Source: the human T2T-CHM13v2.0 reference genome, Homo sapiens
Strand: one strand, 5' to 3'
Length of the DNA stretch: 64,000 nucleotides
Assembly: GCF_009914755.1 (NCBI RefSeq)
Contig: NC_060925.1
A program made the position numbers and the translations under genes. This document shows, piece by piece, positions 26,660-40,276 of the stretch (positions are counted from its first letter, which is position 1; each line of letters begins with the position of its first letter). The notes beneath the pieces were generated by a model. The model did no database searches and was not told the DNA's origin. It worked only from the letters and a program-made list of their open reading frames with translations.

Positions 26660-29600
26660 AATGGATAGTGTAGACAGGGTAGTGCAGAGGAATAGCACAG
26701 GTGGGATAGTGTAGGGGGATAGTGTGGGGGGATAATGTAGGGGGTATAGTGTAGAGGGATAGTGTAGGGGGATAGTGTGGGGGGATAATGTAGGGGGTAT
26801 AGTGTAGAGGGATCGTGTAGGGGGAATAGCGTAGGGGGGATAGTGTAGAGGGATAGTGTAGGGGATAGTGTATGGGGATAGTGTAAGGAGGATAGCATGG
26901 GGGATAGTGTAGAGGGATAGTGTAGGGGGCATAGCGTAGGGGAATACTGTAGGGGATAGCACGGGGGATAGTGTAGAGGGATAGTGTAGGGGGAATAGCA
27001 TAGGGGGATAGTGTAGAGGGATAGTGTAGGGGGAATAGAGTAGGGGAATACTGTAGGGGATAGCATGGGGGATAGTGTACAGGGATAGTGTAGGGGGAAT
27101 AGCATAGGGGGATAGTGTAGAGGGATAGTGTAGGGGATAGTGTAGGGGGATAGTGTAAGGAGGATAGCATGGGGGATAGTGTAGAGGGATAGTGTAGGGG
27201 ATAGTGTAGGGGGATAGTGTAAGGAGGATAGCATGGGGGATAGTGTAGAGGGATAGTGTAGGGGGAATAGCGTAGGGAGACAGTGTAAAGGGATAATATA
27301 GGGAATAGTGTTAGGGGATAGCATAGGGGGATAGTGTAGGGATATAGTATAGACGGATAGTGTAGGGGAAATAGCATAGGGGGATAGCGTAGGGGGATAA
27401 TGTAGGGGCGATAGCATAGGGGAAATAGCGTGGGGGATAGTGTAGGGGGACAGTGTAGGGGGGATAGTGTAAGGGACAGTGTAGGGGGATAGTGTAAAGG
27501 GGATAGTGTAGGGGGATAGAGTAAAGGGAATAGTGTAGGAGGGATAGTGTAGGAGGATAGCATATAGGGATAGTGTAGCGGGGATAGTGAAGGGGGACAG
27601 TGTAGGGGGGATAGTGTAAAAGGGATAGTGTAGGGGGATAGTGTAGGAGGGATAGTGTAGGAGGATAGCATATAGGGATATAGAGTAGGGGGGATAGCGT
27701 AGTAGGAGCACGGTGTAGGGGGACAGCATAGGGGGATAGCCTAAAGGTATAGCGTAGGGGGATAGAGTAGCGGGGACAGCACAGGCAGATAGCATAAGGG
27801 ATAGCGTAGGATGGCATGGGGGGATAGCCTAGGGGGATAGTGCAGGGGGGACAGCGTAGAAGGATAGCGTAGGAGGGATAGCATAGGGGGATATCGTAGG
27901 GGGGATAGCATACGAGGATAGCATAGGAGGGATAGCGTAGGGAAAGAGTAGGAGGATAGTGTAAAGGGATAGTGTAGGGGGTACAGTGTGGGGGGCACTG
28001 TGTAGGGGACAGCATAGGGGGGATTCTGTAGGGGGATAGTGGAGGGGGCATAGCATAAAAGGGATTGTGTAGGGGGATAGTGTAGCGGAGAGTGCGTAGG
28101 GGGGGTAGTATAGGGGGATAGCGTCGGGGATAGTGTATGGGGGATAGTGTAGGGGGACAGTGTACGAGGATAGTGTAGCGGGGATAGAACAGGAGGATAG
28201 CATGGGGGATACTGTAGGGGGGAGAGAGTAGGGGAGAGTGTAGGGGGATAGTGTAGGGGTATAGTGTAGAGGGAGTGTAGCGGGGATAGATTGAGGGGAT
28301 AGGGTAGAAGGACAGCGTAGGGGAATAGTGTAGGGGTATAGTATAGAGGGATAGTGTGGGGGGGATAGATTGGGGGGATAGGGTAGAAGAACAGCGTAGG
28401 GGAATAGCGTAGCAGGGGACAGCGTAGAAGGGATAGCATAGCGGGGAGAACATAGGGGGATAGCGTAGGAGGGATAGCATAGGAGGGATAGCATGGGGGA
28501 TAGCGTAGGAGGGATAGCATGGGGGATAGCATAGCAGGGATAGTGTAGGGGGGATAGCATGGGGGGATAGCATAGGAGGGATGGCATAGGGGGATAGCGT
28601 AGGAGGGATAGCATAGGGGGATAGCATAGCACGGATAGCGTAGGGGGGATAGCATGGGGGGATAGCATAGGAGGGATGGCATAGGGGGACAGCATAGCAG
28701 GGATAGCGTGGGGGGATAGCATGGGGGGATAGCATAGGGAGATAGCAAGGGGGGATAGTGTAGAAGGATAGCGTAGCAGGGATAGCATAGGGGGATAAGG
28801 TAAAGGATAGCGTAGTGGGATAGCAAAAGGGAATAGCATACAGAGATAGTGTAGGGGGATATCATAGGGGAAATAGCGTGGAGGGATAGCGAAGGGAAAT
28901 AGGGTAGGGGAATAGGGTATGGAGACAGTGTAGGGGGATAGTGTAGGGGGTATTTTGCAGGGGGGATAGCAGAGGGGAGATTTTGTAGGGGGATAGTTTA
29001 GGGGCGATAGTGGAGGGGGATAGCATAGGAGGGATAGCGTAGGGGGATATCGTTGGGGGATAGTGTAGGTGGATAGTGTGGGGGGAATAGTGTAGGGGGG
29101 ATAGCGTAGGGGGATAGAATAGGGGGATAGTGTAGGGGGATAGAGGAGGGGAATAGCGTAGGGGGGATAGTGTAGGGGGGTAGTGTAGGGGGATATCGTG
29201 GGGGATAATGTAGGGGGATATTATGGGGGAATAGTGTATGGGGACAGTGTAAAGGGATAGTGTGGGGGGATAGCGTTGGGGGATAGAGTAGGGGGAGAGT
29301 GTAGGGGGATAGTGTAGAAAGGATAGTGTAGGGGGATAGTGTAGGGGAGAATGTAGGGAGGAGAGTGTAGGGGATAAAGTAGGGGGATAGTGCAAGGGGA
29401 AAGTGCACAGGGATAGTATAGGGGGATTATGTAGGGGGATAGCATAGAGAGGATAGTGTAGGGGAAGAGTGTAGGAGGGATAGTGTAGGGGAATAGTGTA
29501 GGGGGGATAGTGTAGGGGGGATACTGTAGAGGGATAGTGTATAGGGATAGTGTAGGGGGATAGTGTAGTGGGAGAGTGCAGGGGGGACAGGGTAGGGGGA

Positions 29601-31385
29601 TAATGTAGGGGAGATAATATAGGATACAGTGTAGGGGGATAGCGTCGGGGGATAGTGTAGCGGGGATAGTGTACGCGGAGAGTGTAGGGGGAATTGAGTA
29701 GGGGGAGAGTGTAGGGGGACAGTGTATGGAGATAGTGTAGGGGGAACAGTGTAGCGGGATAGCGTAGGGGGACAGCGTCAGGGGGATAGAGTAGTGGGAT
29801 AGCGTAGGGAGTAGCATGGAGGGACAACAAAGGGGGATAGTGTAGGGGACATAGCATAGGGGGATAGCGTAAGGGAGACAGCATAGGGGTATAGTGCAGG
29901 GGTATAGCATAGTGGGGACAGTGTAGAGGGATAATGTTTGGGGGATAGAGTAAGGAGAATAGCATGGGGGCATAGCGTACAGTGAATAGTGTAGGGGGAT
30001 AGTATAGGGAGATAGTGTAGGAGGGATAGTGTAGGGTGACAGTGTAGGGTGATATAGCAGGAAGGATAGTGTAGGGGGGATAGTGTAGGGTGATAGTATA
30101 GAGGGACAGTGTACAGGAAGCATGCAGGAGGATAGTGTAGGGCGATAGTGTAGAGGGATGGTGTAGGGGGATAATGTAGGGGGGATAGTGTAAGGGTAGA
30201 GTGCAGGGGGAGAGTGTAGGGTGATATTGCAGAAGCAATAGTGTAGGGTATAGTGTAAAGGGATAGTATAGGGGGGATAGTGTAGCGGGATGGTATAGGG
30301 GGAGAGTGTAAGGGATAGTGTAGGGGTGATAGTGTAGGGGGAATAGTGTAGGGAGATGGTATAGAGGGATAGTGTAGGGGGTAGTGTAGGGGAATAATGT
30401 AGGGTGAAGAGTGTAGGGGGATAGTGTAGGGCAATAGTGTAGGGTGATATTGCCAGGGCGATAGTGTAGGGTATCATGTAGGGGATGCTGTAGGGGGGAT
30501 AGTGTAGGGTAATAGTGTAGGGGGATAGTGCAGGAGGATAGTGTAGGGGATAGTGGAGAGAAATAGTGTAGGGAGGATAGTGTAGGGGAGTAGTGTAGGG
30601 GAATAATGTAGGGGGGATAGTGTAGGGGTGATAGTGTAGGAGGGATAGTTTTGGGGATAGTATGGGGTAGAGTGTAGGGTAATATTGCAGGGGTGATAGT
30701 GTAGGGGACAGTGTAGGGCAATAGTGTAGGGGGATAGTGTAGGGCAATAGTGTAGGAGGATAGTTTGGGGGGATAGTGCAGGGGGATAGTGTAGGTGGAT
30801 GGTGTTGAGGGGATAGTGTAGGGGGATAGTGCAGGGGTATAATGTAGGGGTATAGTGTAGGTGGATAATATTGGGGGACAGTTTAGGGGGAGAGTGTAGG
30901 GTGACATTGCAGGGGTGATAGTGTAGAGGGATAGTGTAGAAGGATAGAGTACGGGGGATAGTGTAGGCAGGAGAGTATAGGGGCATAGTGTAGGGGAGAT
31001 AGTGTAGGGCAATAGCGTAGGGTGATATTGCCCAGGCTATAGTATAGGGGGTGCTGTAGAGGGATAGTGTAGGGGAGGAAAGTGTAGGGGGGATGGTGTA
31101 GAGCGATAGTATAGGTGATAGTATAAAGGGATAGTGTAGTGGGGATAGTGTAGGGGAACAGTGCAGGGGGGATACTGTACAGGGATAGTATGGGGGAGAG
31201 TGTAGGTGGATAGTGAAGGCGGATAGTGTGGGGCATAGTGCAGGTAGATAGTGTAGGACAATAGTGTAGGTGATAGTGTAGAGGGATAGTGTAGTGGGGA
31301 TAGTGGAAGGGAATAGTGTAGGTGGATAGTGAAGGGGAATAGTGTGGGGCATAGTGTAGAGGGATAGTGTAGGGGATAGTGCAGG
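26660..31385 (+). repeat. ~4.7 kb degenerate G-rich tandem array, unit ~12-15 bp, G(3-7)ATAG(TG/CG/CA)TA
   Basis: Several hundred consecutive units read directly; extreme G-versus-C skew. Confidence 0.97.
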
Positions 31386-33449
31386 GGTCACAGTGCTGTT
31401 GGGGTGCCAAGGCACCGTGCTCAGTGTCCATGATGGTTTGTGTGCTTTGTGTCTGGAGCATCACGTGGGGACCCTGCAGACACAGAGTCCTGGTCACCCT
31501 CCCTGTTTCTGTGTCACTTGGCCTGCCTCAGGTGGAGGGTCAGAGGTCAGTGTGTTCCCCGTTAGTGTGGGCACTTTCCTGGGCTGTGCCTAACCATAGG
31601 TGGCTCTGCTCAGGCCATCCTGGCCCAGTGCTGCCTAAAGGTGTGCAGCTGGCCACCACCCACTCTGAATTGCTTCTTTGCAGGCCAGTCCAGGGTCAGG
31701 AAGGAGGTCTGGCGTCTGCCTCTGTCCCCTCTTCTGCTGCCTGGGACTGATAAGCAGCCTCCACCTTTATGGCATGAATCCCACCCCGGCCCCTTGGACA
31801 TCGTGGCCTGCCGTGTAGCACAAGGGGCTTCCTCGGGCTTCCACACCACCAGCCTGGTGTGATGCCTGGCTCCCAGGCTCCAAGCCATGTGCCTAGTCAG
31901 CAAATGGGGCCCCTTGACTAGCCCCCAGCATGGCTGCTGTCTGCACCTGCAAGTCCATTGCACCAGTGCATCAGTTGTTTAGATCTTTCCCAGCTGTTGC
32001 CAAGGGTTCATCTCTCTCCTGGATCACAAGCACCCCTGTGTGCCAGGTGCACAGGACCTCCTCCCACCACCTGCCTACTTTGGCTCTGTGGGGGCCTCCG
32101 GGCCTGGACCACAGCGCTGGGAGACCCGGATGGGTGCCCAGGCTCTGGGCGGGTGGCTGTCCTGTGGGCCACGGTGACACTCTGTCACCTCCTCGTCTAT
32201 CATCTCCTCCCATTGGGGCAGAAGGGGGCCTGGCACTCGCTGACTGCTTGAGTTCTTCTTTCTCCCCCTTCTCCTCCAACCACTGTCTCCCTCACTGCGG
32301 CCAAGCCCCCGGGCATACGCTGAGAGGGCAGTGTGACAGCCCTCCCCTGCCCTTCGTGCCAGCCTCCCTCACGGGGCCACCCACCCTCTGCATGTTCCTG
32401 TGGCACCCAGAACCTTCCACGGCAGCCCTGGCTACTCCCTGCCTCCTGAGAAAGGGGTCTCCCGGGTGTAGGTGTGTAGCTGGGCCTGCAGGTGATGGGC
32501 AGAGGAGCTGGAGAGGGCAGGGTCACCGCGCAGTCGCCTGGGAGCCGTGGGCAGCACCCAGACCCCCAGGGTAGGAGTTAGGAGCTGAAACAAGTAGGCC
32601 GGGGCAGGCCGGGGTGCTCTGGTGTCCCACAGCCAGCCTTGCCCTCCCATGGTGGGGCATTGGGGCCCATCAGTTCAGGGTATCCAGGAGAGTCTCCTTT
32701 TCATTAAGGCCAGAGGGGGCACTCACTGAAGGACCCAACAATGAGCACGGTCCCCCGCCCAGGCTGGCTGCAGGCTGCAGTGACAGGCATGGGGGCTGGA
32801 GGCCCCTGGGGCATGGTTCTGCCCACCCCGGTAGCCCAGGCCTTGGGCACAGGCAGGCGGATGCTGGCAGCAGATGCTAGGAAGACAACAATGTCTTCAG
32901 CTGGGCTTTTTAATTAACCTCAGCCGGCCCCTCCTGAAGGGCCCCAATTAAGTGAAGAATGCATGGCAGAGTGGGGTCATGCTCCGGGCGGGTTTTAATT
33001 AAAGCTCCGTGGCCTGGGCAGGAGCGCCCCCGCCTGACTGCCTCCTCCCTTGTTCTTGTGCTGGGCGACCACACACCTCCAATGGGTGCTACAGGCCTCT
33101 CCTCCTCCCGCCTGTCAGGCCCCAGACCAGGCAGCCCCTCTCTGAGCCACCATCCCGTCCTGGCATAGTCCCACCCACCTGCTGGTTCAAGCATTGGCTG
33201 AGCGTCTGTGGTGTGTCCACTGCAAAGGCAGACAGAAATCACACAACTAGTAACCATGTCAGATGTGCACATGCCATGAAGAAAGCAGGTGAGGTGAGGG
33301 ACAGAGAGGGCTGGGCCACCATGCCCAGGAAAGGAACCTGCAGGAGGCAGGCAGGGAGTGCACCTGGAGGGTGGGCTCTGTGGACAGGAGCAGGGGCCTG
33401 GCTGAGCAGCTGAGGGGTCAGCCTGTGGACGCCCGCATGCAAGAATGAG

Positions 33450-33975
<526 letters not shown>

Positions 33976-34794
33976 GAGAAAAATTTGAGGACAGAGGGCT
34001 GTGGGTATGGGGGGCTTTCAGCCGCACTCAGCAGAACAGGGGCTGCGTGGGGCTTCTGAGCAGGGACCCACACCAGGGGCCTGGCTCCCCACAAGACCCC
34101 CAGCCTCACACAATGGGGTGTGCCCCAGGACCGTGAGCCACGTATTCACGGGTCCCACCAGAAGAGCACATGCGTCCAAGAACAGCAGCTGGGCAGGGGT
34201 AGCAGGCAGGCACGTGTGTCCTGCTTTGTTCAGGGCATCTTTGCATTAATCGCCACTGCAGGACCAACATTCTCCACAACTGGCTTCCTTTAGAGACACC
34301 TGGCCTTGGGAGCAATGAACGAGGGAAGGGAGGGTCTCCTCCAGGGTCACCATGAGCACTCTCCTCTGCCCAAGCCACGCCCCCTGGCCAGCCCCGACTC
34401 TCTCTCTCAAATCTGAGCGCCAAGGACTCCCTCCCCAACGAGCCTTGTGCTGGGGGATCCCCTTGGTTCTTCTGGGGATTCGGGATACAGTGTGCCCAGG
34501 AAGGGAGTAGTCTGATCCTAGCAACCAGAGTCACCGTGGCAACAGGTGACATCAGAGCCCAGCAGCCCTGAGCCTTACACGGGACCCAACCTGCTGCCCA
34601 AACTGACCCATGGGGGAGACACATGTCCGGCTGGACAGGTCAGGTGGCTGCCTGCAGAAAACTCATGACCCTGAGGCCGTGTGGGCAGACACCCTATGCA
34701 GGGGTGCAAAGAGGATCATCTGAGGAACCCCAATGCTTTTAGCCCCAGGTATTTGACTCTCCCGGCCTTGGCACCAGACATGAGGGAAGGAGGT

Positions 34795-35410
34795 ATACTG
34801 GCATCACAGGGTGGCCACAGCAAGTTACCACAACCTGGGTGGTTCACAACAGCAAGGGAGGTATTTCCTCGCAACTCTGCAGCCAGAAGCCCCACATTGA
34901 GGTGTCCCGGGCATGCTCCCTCCAAAGGTTCTGGGGAGGACCCTGCACAGCCTCCTCCAGCTCCTGGTGGCTCAGGTGCCTCAGGCGCATGGCCACACAC
35001 TCCAGTCTCTGGCCTGTCTTCATGGCTGGTTCCCGATCTGTGCATCTCAGATCCCCCTCCTCTTTCTCTTAGACGATCACCTGTTACGGGTCCAGGGCCC
35101 ACCCTAATCCAGGATGGCCTGGTCTCGACGTCACTCATTGAGGATGTCTGCCAAGACCCTGGTTCTACAGGAGGTCCTGCTCCAAGGCTCCAGCTGGATG
35201 TGAAGGGGGGTGCCCAACCTACCCCACTACAATACCTTCGAGGTAAACCCAGGCACTGACACCTCAGTTGAGACCTTAGAGCAGAACCAGGTTGCCATGG
35301 AGCCCAGGGTCCTGCTTCCCAGGAACTGTGAGAGACCATCTATGTGGACTGCTGTTTTAAACCACTAAGGTTTGCTAGAATTTGTCACCAAGCCTCGGAA
35401 CACAGACGGG
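34795..35410. mobile_element. MLT1-type MaLR LTR fragments
   Basis: acagcaagttaccacaacctgggtgg...gggcccaccctaatccaggatg; tgttttaaaccactaaggtttg. Confidence 0.6.
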
Positions 35411-35526
35411 GACCAACAGTTCCCCTCTCCCCAAACAAGACAGGGGCCATTCAGAATCCAGTGCCTTTGTTGTGGACTGCTGTGTCCTCTGGGTCCTGTC
35501 TGCCCTATGCGGAACAAGATCCATTT

Positions 35527-35829
35527 GGTTTTTTGTTCTTTTTTTGTTGGAGACAGAGTCTCGCTAGAGTGCAGTGCAGGCTAGAGTGCAGTGGCATGAT
35601 CAGGGCTCACTGCAGCCTCGAACTCCTGGCCTCAAGTGATCCTCCTGCCTCAGCCTCCTGAGTAGCTGGGAGTATATATACATCAAGACACTCAGCTAAG
35701 TTTTTAATGTTTTGTAGAGACGGGGTCTCACTATGTTGCCCATGCTGGTCTCAAATTCCTGAGCTCGTGATCCTCCTGTCTCAGCCTCTCAATGTGCTGG
35801 GATTACAGGCTGAGCTACCATGCCTGGCC
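35527..35829 (-). mobile_element. AluJ-like element
   Basis: Antisense Alu consensus. Confidence 0.85.
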
Positions 35830-36941
35830 ACTTTGATTTTAGTGTCCTTCTCTGGGGTAGTGAAAAGTTGACCACCCTATAGGAGTCCCCAGTATCATTT
35901 TGAGACATTACTGCTCCGTGCAGCCCCAAGCTGGGAAGGTCACACACAGAGTGAGTCTGTGATGCATCTTGGAGACAAGGCCCCCAGCCCAGGCGTACCT
36001 CTCCTGCTAGCCTCTGCCTGGAAGCTTGGAAGGTGAAAAGGAAGCCCTGAAAGAGAGGTGCAGACCCCAGCCCCCTAAAACCTGGAGGTGGGTCTCAAGA
36101 GAAAAGCTTCACCCAGGAGGAGCCCGGCAGGCACCTTCACAATGTGCCTCTCCCTTTCCCCCATCCGTGGGGGCCTGGCCCTTCCTCACTCCCAGCCCCG
36201 CCACCTCATAGGGACGTCACCCAGGCGTTGCCATGGCCCCATGCCCTGGTCAGCCTCCTGCTGGTGTCCTCATCACACCTCCATGTGGAACCTCTCTCGC
36301 ACCCACCTCCAGGCCTCATCCAGATGAGACCCCTGCCCCTTCACCCACATGGCCCTTCCCAAACGGGGCACACTCAGTCATTCTCTAAGGACAAAGGGAA
36401 GCCCCCCAACCAGCTTTCCTCACCAACACATCTCTCCCATCTCTGACTTCCTGCCGCACAAGGATCGCCTTAAACAAGCCTTACTTGATGCCAACAACCC
36501 CCGACAAGCAGAGCCTTTTGTCAAAAGTCTGCTTAGCCTCTTGTATGCCCACAGCAATGGTAGCTCACTGCCAAGATGCTTCCACATTTGGAGATGCAAT
36601 CTGTTCTGTGTTGGCCCCTGCCACTGGCCTGGCTGTGTCCCCTGCCACAGACCCCGTCTGTCTCCCAGTCCCTGGTTGCCCCCAGAGAGCTCTGACTCAA
36701 AAAGGCCCTAGAGCAAAGTAGCTCCACACCTTCAGCCATGTCTCTTCAAAGCCGTGGGGCAGCACCCAGTGCATTCCCAGGGCTCTGAGCTCAGATACAG
36801 GTCTCGACGGTGGCCAAGGAGATCCCAGGCAGGCCTTGAGCTGTAGGGCAAAGTTGGTCACTTTACAGAATCCCAGGTTCTGACATCCAGCCTGGAAGTA
36901 GACCGGAAAGATCCCTCTCCCCCAGGATCCCCCCGGGGGTC

Positions 36942-37060
36942 TCAAGGCTCAAGTAGCCATGATCATGCCACTGCACTCCAGCTGGGGTGACAGAAAGAAG
37001 GAAGGAAGGAAGGAAGGAGGGAAGGAGGGAGGGAGGGAGGGAAGGAAGGAAGGAGGGGGA
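36942..37060 (+). repeat. Alu 3' remnant followed by a (GGAA/GGGA)n purine tract
   Basis: atgatcatgccactgcactccagc...gaaggaaggaaggaagg. Confidence 0.75.
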
Positions 37061-39516
37061 GGTACTAGGGTGGGGAGTTGGCAGGTAGACAACTTGCCCA
37101 AGTCCCACGGGCAGAAGGGAGTGTCCGAAAGTAGGCAGAGGCCCACAGTCAGGGCCACTGTCTGAGTCCAGGACAGGCAGAAGGCTCATGTGTGCAGGCA
37201 GGGACCACTCTAGCTGACAAGTGGGGTTTCACCAATGCCTACGATAAGTGATGCACGGGACTGGGGAAATGGTGCCATCAGACACTTTAAGACTTGTGGC
37301 ATGTCACTTTGGGGATGCCAGGTATTTTGTTATCCTGATAGGAGGAGTGGATCGGTACATGTACCCAGAGTCAGAACTTCTTTTGTTATTAGCACCTGAA
37401 ATGATAAAACCAGGCCGCCTCTGTCACTCCAGTTGATCGAGGAGTATAAACAATATTTCCAGCCAGGCGTGGTGGTACCCCCCTGTACTGCCAGCATTTT
37501 GGGAGGCTGGGTTAGGAGGGTCATTTTCCCAGTTCAATACCAGCCCAAGCAACAAAGCAATACCTTGTCTTTAAAAATAAAAATAAAAAAGAGAGAAAAT
37601 ATTTACAGATTTCATGCAACAGCTCTGAGATGAAAAGTTCTGATATTTCAGCAACAAAAACCACAGGTATTGCTAATACTGCTTTTGGGGAATGCTGCTT
37701 GCATTTAAGATGGGAGGAAATGCTAAATGTCACTCAGAGGTTAAGAAGAGCCAAGATGTGCTTTTCTGCAATCCCTCCCCAGGGTGCTCACCTCACCGGC
37801 TCCCCATTTGTCCACCCAGGCATGACAATAGGCTGGAACCAGAGAGAAAACAGTCCTTTCCCTGAGAAGCCAGCCTGCCTGGGAAAACAAGGTCCCCTGA
37901 GAGCTAGTCCAGGGGAGGGACATGTGCAGCTCTAGGCTTTCATCTGAGGTTTGGAGGGCTGGCAGGAGATGGGGAAACTGAGGCCGGAGTGAATATAAGG
38001 GGAAACAGGTGATGCTTTAAAAGGACCAGAAATCAGACGACTGTGAGCAAACTCCCTGGAGTTCACGGAACTCAACTGTAATTTCCTAAGCCACTGTGTA
38101 GTGCAGGCAAGCCGCTGGGACCCTCACCACTGGCCACCGGCTTCCCGAATGACCCCAGACCCCAGCCCAGGCCCAGAAGGCAGGGCAGGGCCACCCTGAG
38201 CTGGGAGGTGGGGGCTTCTCCCAGGGCCCATGCAGTCAGCATAGCCGTAATAATTCCTGTGGCGTGCTCCAGGTCCTGTGGTGTGACCAGCCAGAGGGTA
38301 GGCTTTGGGTAGGGGTCTGGGGAAGAAGGAAACAGGGCCAGGCAGAGGGGACAGCAGGGTCCTATCCCCACCTCACCCCCCAGAGAAGTCTTTAAGGGTA
38401 TGAGTTCTTCCTGCCACAGGTCTTAGAGGTTGAGTGTTTGGACTAAGCCCTGAGCGTGAGGAGGAAGTACTGACTCTGGTGGAGGCAGCGCCACCCTGCA
38501 GAACACCCTGGCATCTTGCAGTGTGATTCTCCAGCTTTAGCCCACCTAGAGTCTCCCAACAGAGAGAGCGGGCAGAGCAACCATGTTGGAGACAGAGTGG
38601 GGCAGGATATCCAGAGAGGTGAACTCTGTCCTGGGATGCCTGGTGTAGTAGTGAGCTCCCCATCACTGGAGGAATCCAAGATAACATTGCAGTCTGCAGA
38701 GGCACCAAAGTGCTTGTTCCCCAAGAGGGAGGGCAGGGCTGGGGAAAGAGTAAAGGTGTTGGCAATAAGCAGACTTGGGCATGGAGTAGTCAAGCTCCAG
38801 AGGGGTTCCATCCTAGCTGTGTGACATCAGGTACGTGTGAGACCTCTCTGAACATCTGTGGCCTGGCTCAAATGCCGCACACTTCATAGCCCTGCACTCA
38901 GAGGTTGACCAAAGTGCCTGCCAGGCCTGAGGTGGGCTGGGGTCCCCTTCACCTAGCCACAATGGCTGCCTACTAGGTCTCCCACATGGGTATTCCTGCT
39001 CCTTTGCCCCAGACAGCCCATCTGTCCTTCCAGCCACCTTCCCTAGGAGGCCAGCCCGTTCTGTTGTTTGGCATCCCTGTCTCTGACCTGGTTCTCGGGT
39101 GCAGCCACCCCCAGAGGAGAGAAGCCCAGCCCAACCTGAGCTGGCGTCTTTGAGACTGACAATGGAGGCGGCCACGAAGGCTGGAGGGTCCCTGCCCAGC
39201 CTGGCCCCCAAACCCCTCCCTCCAGTCAGCTCATCCCACCCCTCTTGGCTAAACCTCATCTGATCCCAGGGACCTCAGAGGAGAGAGAAAGGGATCCCTA
39301 CTCCCTAGGCAGCGTTGGGGGAGCACCTGGGCCTCAATTACCCCAGGAACTCACTGCCTGACACTTCTTAACTCCCTAGTGGGTCTCCTTCCAGGGGCAG
39401 AAATCTGGGTGTGACTACCTGGGCTCCCCTGCGCCTGTTTGGCCTGAAGACATCATCTTTGCCCCGGTGGTGGTGGGGAGCCCAAACCAGGAGCACAGAA
39501 TCAGCAGGAAGGGACT

Positions 39517-39725
39517 TTTTATTATTATTATTTTCAGACAGGGTCTCACTCTGTCACCCAGGCTGGAGTGCAGTGGCACAGTCCTACTAGGTCACTGTAA
39601 CCTTGAACTTCTGGGCCCAAGCGATCCTCCCACCTCAGCCTCCCAAGTAGCTGGGACTACAGGTGTGTGCCACCACACCTGGCTATCTTTGTAAAATTTT
39701 TGTAGAGATTATGTTGCCCAGGCTG
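39517..39725 (-). mobile_element. Partial AluJ-like element
   Basis: Antisense Alu right arm. Confidence 0.8.
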
Positions 39726-39859
39726 GGGAAGGTACATTTCTTAACCCTAGGGCTGGCTATACAGGAATCCATTTTATTACTTTTTAAACTGTGCATGTAT
39801 CTGACATACACTCTTTCCTGTCTGCATTTTTTCACATTAAAAAATATATATTTTAAAGG

Positions 39860-40276
<417 letters not shown>

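Noticed and set aside
26660-31385. CRISPR-like array or interstitial telomere
   Set aside because: No constant repeat with unique spacers and no cas genes; human DNA; units contain TAGGG but not tandem TTAGGG
26096-31497. 300-716 aa extensin/mucin-like ORFs as a novel gene
   Set aside because: Unit length is variable and not a multiple of 3, ORFs occur in all minus frames, and the repeat strand simply lacks stop codons; kept only as a low-interest note
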